DNA of 64,000 bases from Octopus vulgaris. Taxonomy: Eukaryota. Where the stretch lies: positions 122,450,001 through 122,514,000 of the forward strand of contig OX597820.1 in the NCBI GenBank assembly GCA_951406725.2, given 5' to 3'. Position 1 is the first letter of the stretch, and every line of letters begins with the position of its first letter. Positions 53,354 through 64,000 of this stretch are shown piece after piece. The notes beneath the pieces are model-generated. The model was not told the DNA's origin. It saw only the letters and a list, made by a program, of their open reading frames with translations, and searched no databases. Made by a program: the position numbers and the translations under genes.

Positions 53354-53875
53354 TTACTACTACCACTACTACTACTACTGCTACTATTAATATTATTATT
53401 ATTTATGATAATAATAATAATTTTTTTATATAAATATCTATTCCTCTCTCATTCTTTCTATATTTTTCCTTCTCTCTCTCTCTCTCTGTCTGTCTGTCTG
53501 TCTCTCTCTCTTCCCTCTGAATCTCTTTTTCATTATTTCATTTCGGTTTCTCCAGAATATTTTTTTTTTTTCATTTATGACTTGTGTGATTTTTGAAATG
53601 AAACACAATCTACTTCTTCCTTCTTTCTTCTACTTTTCTGTTACGTTTTTTTTTTTTCCTTTTTTTTTTTTTACCTTTCATTTAATTATTTCAGTTCTCT
53701 CTTCATTTCCTTACTGAAGTTTAAAAAATTTTTTTTTTTTTTTTGCATGTAGCTTTAGCTCCTCTTGGGTTTTCTTGCTGCATTGTACATGTGTGGATGG
53801 TGCTGCGAATGTGTGTGCGTGTGTGTGTGCTTATGGACATGGGTGTGTGCATGGCTGTGTGTGTGCCTAAATAAT

Positions 53876-53914
<39 letters not shown>

Positions 53915-54798
53915 ATATACATATATATATATATATATATATGTGTATATATATATATGTGTGTGTGTGTACATATAGAAATAGGCATGTATGCGTATAT
54001 GTATATATGTGTATATACACACACATGTATACTATGTTAGATACTTAGATATTTATGACAATGTATACAAGGTACATGTTTACAAGTTTACACATGCGTA
54101 TGCCTTTGTGTGTATATATGCATATACAAATACACACACACATACTCATGCTTATGTATATCTACATATACTTTTACATGAACGTGTATGTGCGTGTAAA
54201 CACACATTCGCTGAATGACAATATGAACCTATATTCATAAATATACACAAATGTATGCACACAATACATGTTCATACATTGACACTAACACATCCACACA
54301 CATGTAGGTAGTTTGTCTCCTATTTCATTCTCTAATGTTAATCTATGAACAATCACTGTTCGTTTCCTTCATTCTCATTATAATTCATTCATTCATTCAT
54401 TCATTCCTTATCTTATCCACTCATGTTTCCTTTCATCTCATTTTCTTACTACATTCCATCCTCTTGCACATATCACTCTCGCCCCATCCTCACCCCCACC
54501 TCTTTTCCTTCTCATAATCACAACACAAAACAAAACGCAACAACATTCCATTGACCATGACTTTCTTCTCTCTCGGCTGATATTTCTTGAGCTTTATTTC
54601 CTACATTTACATCCTACATTGATTTCAAAATTGATTCCTCATACAACTTCACAACTCAGCCGATATCAAGTGTTTTCCCCTCATTTCTAAAACCATTCCC
54701 TGTTTCGCAATCAATTATGTTTTGCTTCAATCTTTCAAACTGAAAATATATTCAACAGTTTGGAATACACACACACACAAAATTATATGTATATGCTT

Positions 54799-54799
<1 letters not shown>

Positions 54800-54833
<34 letters not shown>

Positions 54834-54894
54834 GTATGTATACATATGGATACATACAAACATAAATACATATATGTATGTATGCATATAATGC

Positions 54895-54925
<31 letters not shown>

Positions 54926-54980
54926 ATGTATGCATACATATGGATACATACAAACATAAATATATGTATGTATATATATA

Positions 54981-55013
<33 letters not shown>

Positions 55014-55058
55014 GTATGCATACATATGGATACATACAAACATAAATATATGTATGTA

Positions 55059-55096
<38 letters not shown>

Positions 55097-55133
55097 ATGC
55101 ATACATATGGATACATACAAACATAAATATATG

Positions 55134-55195
<62 letters not shown>
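54800..55195. repeat. Minisatellite of four units separated by variable (TA)n
   Basis: aatgtatgcatacatatggatacatacaaacataaata repeated four times. Confidence 0.9.
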
Positions 55196-55197
<2 letters not shown>

Positions 55198-55448
55198 TGT
55201 GTGTGTGTATGGTTAACATAGATTAATAGGGAAGTAAATACTTTCATTGCATATAATTTTGATAGCCTTATCCAGCTCTTGTTTTCCTGTCAATTTCAAA
55301 TATTTTGCCATCTAATATTTAATATTTCAATTTGATATTTAGATATCTGAGAGTTACTTTTGATATTTTTAATAGTTTTGTTTATTTCAACATACTTTAT
55401 TCATTAGAGTTCCTTCAACAACTTCTATTTTGTAATTTGCTCAAAGTT

Positions 55449-55481
<33 letters not shown>

Positions 55482-57389
55482 AACAATTACTGCTGCCACT
55501 GCCAATACTGTCATCCTCTTTGTTACTTTACTGAATAAACAAAATAAAGATAAAATTACAGCACCTATTTTCCTGCTTTAGTTTTGGCCAGATGGAACAA
55601 AAGCCCGCTCTTCCAAACTATTGCATTGCTCTGATGTTTCAGTTTCGATTTAGCCTTTTGAAAACCTTATGAGTCCTTAGTAAATACCAATCGTCTGCAG
55701 TGTGCTCTCCTTCTGAGAAATCTTCTAAGTTTATGACATTTGACTTTTACGTATACATAAATCTCACCACGGGCGTACACACACACACACACACACACAC
55801 GACATATGCTCACCCACACACATACACGCCCATTCACTCCTCCCCACACACAACGTCACACTAACTATACACCAATCAGGGTGGTGGTTTGTGCATATAA
55901 ATATAAGCTAATTTCTTTTAATGGAATCCCGTTTTGTGAACTCCATTCATTAAATTTCTAATTTATTATTTATACAAACTGAAGAATTCATACACAAAGC
56001 AAGTACATGTATGTATATATTTTAATGTATGTGTGTGTATATATCCATAAATATATGTGTGTGCATGCACATAGATATATATTTTCACGTACACATTTAT
56101 ATACATACACAGAATTTCATATGTAGTACCACATGTACACACAACCATTCCTACCACTATTTCTCATCACTTCATCCCTCACTCATCATGTTCTGTGACA
56201 GAAGTTTCTAGCAAACTGTTGATGATTATTTGCCTATTATGATGAGTTTTTTCCCCCTCATTATTGCCATGGTCATCACTATCCCCCATAATCTCATCGC
56301 CCTCATTAATTAATTATTCCTATTGCTACCTGCCTCTACCATTATAACCATTCTCCTTCTCCCCCTTTACCTCTTCTCCTTTCTCTTCTTCCTCATCCTC
56401 ATAACTCCTCAATCACCACTACTTACTTCTCGCCATCATCATCATCATTATCATAATTATTATCATCATCATCCTCATCATCATCTGCATAACAGTTGTT
56501 ATAAATATTCATCTTTATCATAAAATCTTACAGACACTATTTGTACTTACAAGTAGTCAATAATATATTTTCATTCTTTTTCATTTTCATATTTGATATG
56601 TTTGTTTTAGTTTTTTTTTTTGCCTTGCTTTTCTTTTCTTTCCGGCCTTTCTTTTTGCTATCTTTCTTTGTTTCTTTCTTAAATTAAGCTAAAAAAAATG
56701 GAAATGTAAAAGTAGTTGTGTTTCTTGTTACTTGTGTGACATTTTCCTAGATTATTTTCCTAGCTAGTTGCTGCCATTTCGCAATGTTTGCTACTGAAAG
56801 TCTAGCCACTTTTTTCAGAGGTGTCTTCAACTCTGGTAGTGTCTTCCAGATGCATGCCTTGTATATATATATATGCCTCATTTTTGTCATTATAAACTAT
56901 GCCAAAAATTTCTAAAAACAAAAACAAAATCAAAAAAACAAGTAACAAAATAAACAAGACTCTTATGTGAAACACATCATCATGATTTGTGCATGCACTC
57001 GTTGCTATTTCTAAATCCCCAAGAAAGGACAGGCACACATTTTTGTACAACAAATCCACACACACTAAAACACAAAATATTTTCCAAATATCATTGAACA
57101 AATGTACTGGTTTGTTTTTCAAACCAATAGCTAATCATATTAGCTTCTAATTAATCCTACAGGGTCTAATCTTATATGTATGTGTAGCACTGAATGATAT
57201 CCCTCACAACACCTCACAAATGTTTACACTTTGTTAATATCTACCATATATTCATTTAATTTGATTACCTTTTCATTATACCTTTGCTGCAATATCTTAT
57301 TTCCGTTCCCCAACAAGTTTTGGGAATTGAAATAAGTTTGGCAACCAGTTCCTCTAACGTTTCTCCATTTGTTGCTTTCATGCCACATA

Positions 57390-57436
<47 letters not shown>

Positions 57437-58075
57437 TAGTGCTGGTGGTGGTGGGTTTGAGTGACAGAAGTGGTAAAATGTACTCAAATTTCCTTGTAGT
57501 CTTTAGTTATATCTCTTCTTGTTCGTAAATCACATCCCAATGGGGTCAACTTTATTGTTACCAAGATCAACATTTATTTGGTTTCATGGAACCAACTTGA
57601 TCACCCTTCCAGAATTTGTGGCTCTCTTGACAACTTAGAAACCATTCTTGTAATTGTTGGCCTAGCCTTTTGTCCTGCTGCTTTCTTTGGCCAGGGTAAG
57701 GGTAGCGATGACAAAAGAAGTTTTATAGACAACACACCTGAGGAGGATCACTCTTGTCTTCACTCAATCACTTATCAACTTTTTTCAAGTTGAGGAAGGT
57801 GCTTCTCTCCAGTAAAGTAGTAGACAGGTACAAGTTGTACTGAAACTGAATGAACCTACTCTCAGCACTGTCCACCACAGAAGACACCTGCCCTTGGGGC
57901 TCATCAGAGTAATCCTAGATCTGTCTTCTGCTTTTGTGTGTGGTGTGGGGGTGATGGGGGCTATGTGATCACTGAAACCAATTTTGCCTTCGTGGGAATT
58001 GATAAAGTACCACTTTCATACTGAACTCAATATAATCAAATATTAACCCTCCACCCAAATTTATGGCCTTAGGCA

Positions 58076-58138
<63 letters not shown>

Positions 58139-59669
58139 CATCATCATCTTAGACATCAACTTCAGCTATTTATATTCATTTGCTGTTTGCTATTGTATAA
58201 TTGCTTTTTATTAATAGCTTCGTTATTCCTTTTATTATCTGAAAAATTATTAGTATTTCTTGAAGCTCTTTTTAGCATTCTGAGCTCATTTTAAGTTGGA
58301 TTTTTCTGCCTGATAATATTTTATTTCTTTCAAAATATCAAATGCATAATCTGCGTATTGACTAAATACAATCATTATTGTTATTGTTGCTATCATCATC
58401 ATCGTCGTCATCATCATCATCATCGTCATTACTATCATCAATATCATCACCACCACCACCACGACCATCCCCACCACCACAGTCACTGTTAGCTTGTTAT
58501 ATGTGTGCAATTCCATAAATGTAGATAGAGACCTTTTATAGCATCCAGAAATATTGTAATATTCTGATTTTCACTGGGTTGGCCGACATCATTGATGACC
58601 TCTCTTATTTGTAGTATCTTTATTTTCTGGTATTGGAAAGATGAATAAAATAAATGTCTCCTAAATTTACTCTTGCCTAACTTTGTTTAAAAGAAGACCT
58701 GGAGAGAACTAAGTTATATCAAGGCAAGCAAATTTGAATGTCTTCATTTACCCAGAATTAATTATAATAAATTTATTTCTATTAATAGCCATGACTAAAA
58801 CAATGGTTATTACGGACGTTATGTTCATGGTAATAATGATGATGATGAAAATCCACATTTATAATATGATGACTTATTACTATCAGTTACAATAACAATT
58901 ATGAAGTCTGTGATTGTTCATCATGTTAGAAAAACAGTCAAATCTCCCCCAGAGAAGAAATGATGTGTTTGATAATGGAAATGTGAAAAAAAAGATGAGA
59001 AGATCAGACTAGGACATCTTAATTATAGGCTTGTGCAGCCAGAGTTCATCTGGAGCTAAGCACAACCTCCACCACCAGCAACAACACCAACAACAACTAT
59101 ATTTATCTTTCGGTAGTATCCACAACAAAACTTTCCTTGATGCTTATAAAATAATTTCTAGTCCCAATTCTATTAGCAACAATATACTGCTGCCTTTAAT
59201 GACATTTATTAACCAGTCATTCTTTAACTACTTCTTCCTGGACCCTATTTCTTAATCTTTCTCACAAATTATTATTGACAGATTTTATAGACCGGTGGAC
59301 AAAATGCCTTGCAATACCTAATTACTTACCTTCAGGGTCAATCTTCAACGATTACCAGCTATTATTACCTTTCATCCTACTGAGGTTAATAAAATCACAA
59401 CCAGTCTAGGGGACTACAATTCACTGTTCCTGCTCTCAATATGTGTGGCCTTCTACCTAAGTTAAAAATTATTTATTTAATTATTATTATTATTATCAAT
59501 ATTATAATTTACTATTATTATTATTATCAATATTATAATTTACTATTATTATTATTATCAATATTATCATTTATTATTATTATTATCATTTTTATCAATA
59601 TTATCATTTATTATTATTATTATTATCATCATTATTATTATTGTTATTATTATTATTATTATTATTATT

Positions 59670-59920
59670 GAACGGTATGCTCAGAAGTGTTACTTTTGGA
59701 ATAAATATTCTTGATACTGGGTTACAATTAGTGTCCTTAGATATTGAGGACCTTTTGAACAATCTTTGCTTTTCTAAAGAAACTGATTTCTGTATTAATG
59801 CAACTCTTGTAGTCATACCAATCTCAACAAGGAAACTACCAAGTCTGGTTGGTCACAGTACCTAGCATAACTTTTGCAGAAACCTTCACATTTCCTTTGC
59901 TAAGTCTTGGCTTTTAACCT
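59670..59920 (-). mobile_element. R4/Dong-like LINE extreme 3' end embedded in (TTA)n
   Basis: Across frameshifts: QDLAKEM...IGMTTRVALIQKSVSL/AKIVQKVL, then a short UTR and (AAT)n. (TTA)n on both sides. Confidence 0.65.
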
Positions 59921-60005
59921 TATTATTGTTATCATTATTATTATTATTATCATTATATAATTATCATTATTATTATTATCATTATTATTATTATCATTAT
60001 TATTA

Positions 60006-60057
<52 letters not shown>

Positions 60058-63000
60058 CATCATTATTATTATTATCATTATTATTATTATACCCTCCAAG
60101 TTAAATAACAAATCATTTTTTAAGATCATTAACAATATTGAAAGCATTTTGGGGTGGGTTTTTTTATCATTACTCTATGATATTTTAAGTTTTTGTTTGA
60201 CAACCATCATACTGAAATCATTTATGAATAATTTTATTTTAGGGGTCATTTTATTTGCTGTGCAGCAAGTATGCACATGTTGCAACAATCATATTTTGGT
60301 AAAAACTTAAGTTTGCTTCTGTATCAAAGAAAATCATGTCCAATGTGTTTATAAAAGTGTGACCACATTTTACCACAACTTTTTTCATTATTATTTTTAC
60401 CATTGTTTTATATTTGGAATGCTTTCAAGCTAATTAAATATAGTTAAAAACCAAAAGAAAAACTTTTGTAATGAAATGTGATAAAGTGGGTTTTTTTTTT
60501 ATCAATATATATTTCTTTTTGTGCCAAATATATTCTGGTGGATTTTTACAGAAGCTTTTGATTTTTCCATCACCAGATTCTACATTAATGTTACATTTAT
60601 ATTTTTATTGTAACGTTTTGTCCAAGTTTTGGTTTTGTTAGTTATTTTTTTGCCACTGATGTTTAGAGTCAGCCATATTTAACAAAAGTTTACCATTTTT
60701 GTTTAATATTTTCAATATACTTTTTAATTACAATATATTTCTCCAATAAATATTACTATAATTTTCCATTTTCTGTTTTTTTAATTATTTGCCCTCTGAT
60801 CAACCTTTCTTCTTTCAGGCTTTTATTCATAATTTTATCATAATTCTTTACTGATATTTCCCATCAATTTTTCTCCTTACAGAAATTATTCTCCTTCCAG
60901 AGTATAATTGAGACTTTGACTTCAACCTAAATGTTTGTGTTTTACAACAAATCTTACTCACTTAATTCTCAACACTACTAAAATACCTTCTTTTCAAAAT
61001 TTTTCTTTCTAGATTATTTCTTCAGATACCACCAATTACCAAATGAATTGCTATTAATTTTCTTGTATATTGTAAATTCAAATAATTTGTTTACAGGTTA
61101 TCAACACTGGGCAGATTATCAGCAAGTGGATTTCTTTCTCTATACATGTAATATATGCTAATATTCTTAAATGGTTATCTATTATCAATTTAGTACAAAT
61201 AATTTTATGAGAAAAATAAATTTTACTTTCAGGAGTTTTTTTCTCATTCAATGTCTGCCAATATTTGCAACAAAATTCCCAGATAATTAAGTCTGTTTGG
61301 TTTCCCCCCTTCCCCCACCCTATGTTTATTATGATGAATATTTTATGTTTATGTGAGAAAAATGCATTTTTCTTTTCTTTTCTGCTTGGGTTTTGTTATC
61401 ATACCCCAGAGCTAAATGTGATCATGAAATGTCTGAAAATAATTTAATTTTATTTGAACATTTGTTCGTGTTGAATTTTTTTTATTTGTCAGAATTTAAA
61501 AAAATTTTTTTTTTTTAAAGATTGAAACAATTTTATAATGCAAAACTTATTTGTTAAAAAAAAGAGGGAAAGTTACGATGTAACTTTTAAATTTCATTTT
61601 ATATTACCATTATTATTATTATTATTATAAATATTATTGGTCTTTCTCTGATTTTTTCTTGTTCATTTTTGAGTTTACTGCCATATCATTATATCTTATT
61701 CCCTCTTTCTTTCTCCTTGATGTTCAGAATTATAAAGTATATCAATGAAACAAAAAATGGAAGGCACAAAATATTTTTAAGGTACTTATTGTGAAACTAG
61801 TGTTAGCCAAACAGTAATTTTAAGGAACACTCTGGATTTATGAGAGGATTTGGCGGCAACTAAGAAGAAATACAAACAATATTGACACGCAATACACAAA
61901 GTGTGGCAGGAAAAGTGTATTTTTTTTCCCTTCTACTTTGAGATTTCATGTCTCTCTCGCATACATAAGTAATGCTTCTCAGGTTATTGTCCTCCGTCCC
62001 AGCAGAAAACAAAACAGAAAATATAGATTTTTTTTTTTAACTGTTAAACAGCAGCAAATCTAAAGGGGAAAAATGGTTCTTCCCAGTTTTTGATGAGGTA
62101 AATTTCTGAAATTTTATGTATGTTATGTCTAGTACCTATTCATTGATGTGATTGATTTATGCATTTGTTTTTTTTTTTTTTTCTTTGAAATCTTTTTATT
62201 ACACCTGTGTTTCAAAGGTTTCATCCCATTCATGTTCATTCTGATATTATCATTGTGAAGAAAGCAATGAAGCTTGGTTATGTTATGAATGTACTTCGAA
62301 AAGCATTAAACATACGACATACATGTAAACATACACTCTCCCTGTTATCTTTACTCTCACTCTTTCTCTCTCTCTTTATATGTTTGTGTGTATCTGAACA
62401 CATATTTTACCCATCCTTTACGGATGTAGTTCAATCAATTATATTTTTCTCTTAACCATTTTTAGTTTCGAGGTCGGAATTATTTCTCTCTTCCTGCCTC
62501 TTTCTGAATTGTTTCTGCTGAATCCTTTACTAACTGACAGTGGTGACTGTGTGTGTTTTTTTTTTGTAAATATAATACCATTTGTTATATAGAATGGGTA
62601 TAAGTAGCTTTTCAGGGTGCACACTGAAAAGCTATTCTCTAACCCTTCTACAAGTATCCATCCATCCATCACCACTGTCACTAAACATATATTCCAAATT
62701 ATTTCAACTCCAAAATTGTTCTTCTCTATTTTATATCACTGTCGTTTATTTCTCTCCTGAAGAAATATTGTACACTGAACATAATCATCAAACACAAAGA
62801 ACTTATGATAGTGTTGTTGTTGTTGATGTTGATGATGATGATGAGGATGATGATCATGATGATGATAACAACGTGGAGAATGACAACAGCAATATTTGTA
62901 ATTCTTTTAACTGTAAGCAATGAAAAGTTTTGGCATCTTTTATCTTTTTCCAAGAATGGTAAGTAAAGAATCCCAAAGAAATTGTGTAACCATTTGAAAA

Positions 63001-63066
63001 TTCCTTAACCATGTTTTGTATAACAGAACGTGTGTGTGTGTGTTAGTGTTTAACAAGCATAGTACT

Positions 63067-63113
63067 GACAGTGATTTCACAGTTTCAGCCAGCTCTGCTC
63101 TCATCAGACTGTC
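63067..63113 (-). ncRNA. Type I hammerhead motif with canonical core
   Basis: GACAGU-CUGAUGA-G-AGC(AGAGCUG)GCU-GAAA-CU(GUGA)AA-UC-ACUGUC: perfect 6-bp stem I, all core bases present, one C:A mismatch in stem III. Confidence 0.7.
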
Positions 63114-63153
63114 CAATGACAGCTTAGCTGGCTGAAACATTGAAGTCGTTGTC
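63107..63153 (+). ncRNA. Degenerate inverted partner of the hammerhead motif
   Basis: GACUGU-CCAAUGA-C-AGC(UUAGCUG)GCU-GAAA-CAUUGAAG-UC-GUUGUC. The inverted homology extends to about 63009-63203. Confidence 0.5.
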
Positions 63154-64000
63154 AATTCTATTCTTCTTAAACAATAATAAATTTGTACTGTATAAAAGTA
63201 TGGAGTGACCCTCCAGATTAATGTAAAATTGTTTCTAATATAACTGAACATAAAATCAAATATTGATATATATATATGTGTGTGTGTGTGTAGTCATTTA
63301 AAAATGTGTAAGTCAGAAAAATTGGCATTCATATATTGGTTTATAAAGTGAGTATATTATTATTATAAATTAAAATATATTATATTCTCATAACAGCCAC
63401 TTAACCAATCAGGTTTATACAGGAGTTGAAATAACCCAGCAGTCATCAGGAAAGGTTGAAAGGAATGATGGCGCTGGTTTTACAGCTGTTGTAAAATTCT
63501 AAAAGGAATCGTTCAGGTGAAAATCCAAGGAAAGAATAGTTTGGACTTTGGAGTTACAACTCCTGGATTAGAAATTGAAAAACCCTGCAGAGTAGGGGAA
63601 ATATTAGCTTGTAGGGTCTTGTTGGGAGTGGGAAGGAGGGGTCTGGGGTAGAAATGTAAGGGATGGGGACAAGTGGTGAGTATTAGTTTTAATTTCATAT
63701 ATCATTATGTGCATGTATGTGTGTGTGCATGTGTATACACACACACATACATACATACATATATATATATATATACCAGAGTTTGGCAAGTCATTAATTC
63801 CTTAGATTTTTGTGAGAGGATGCCCTGTTTCCTATATTCATGGTGCCTTTTGGCAGTATGTGAGGACACATCTTTGCTCACTCTTACACTTAAAGTTGGT
63901 ACCAGGAAGGAAAGGTTTTTTTTAACATGACCCTTTTCCCACTGAAGCAGAATCTGTGCCTCTTACTACCATCAAAAGTAAGATTTACCTTTTTTTCACT

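Noticed and set aside
54800-55195. CRISPR-like repeat-spacer pattern
   Set aside because: The spacers are (TA)n variants rather than unique sequence, the context is eukaryotic and there are no cas genes.
57880-57910. Minus-strand CUGAUGA followed by a GCCC/GGGC stem
   Set aside because: No GAAA after the stem and no stem I or III. The CUGAUGA hits at 2228, 26646 and 42083 fail similarly.

Overview
AT-rich animal genomic DNA, most likely an Octopus species (inferred from the SINE families and the dense (TA)n/(CA)n/(TTA)n/(CAT)n microsatellites). I find no credible host protein-coding exon, and almost all long ORFs in the track are microsatellite artefacts. The window is intronic or intergenic and full of decayed transposons. 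There are six TA-flanked IS630-Tc1-mariner copies: two with the same TIRs (DD36E readable in one), two DD37D/maT, one long-TIR DD34E and one mariner. There are also TTAA-flanked piggyBac-type MITEs, several tRNA-derived or LINE-tailed SINE families, an RTE LINE fragment, restriction-like-endonuclease (R4/Dong-type) LINE ends sitting inside (TTA)n, and Penelope-like (PLE) RT and GIY-YIG remnants. The most interesting signal is a set of unrelated short inverted-repeat elements that each carry a minimal type I hammerhead-ribozyme fold with a different core variant: canonical at 63067-63113, U4C at 43314-43351, G3:C8 swap at 43621-43667, and A9C in both arms of a 210-bp palindrome at 6479-6910. 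All calls were made by eye, with no database search or folding software. Boundaries of decayed elements are approximate.
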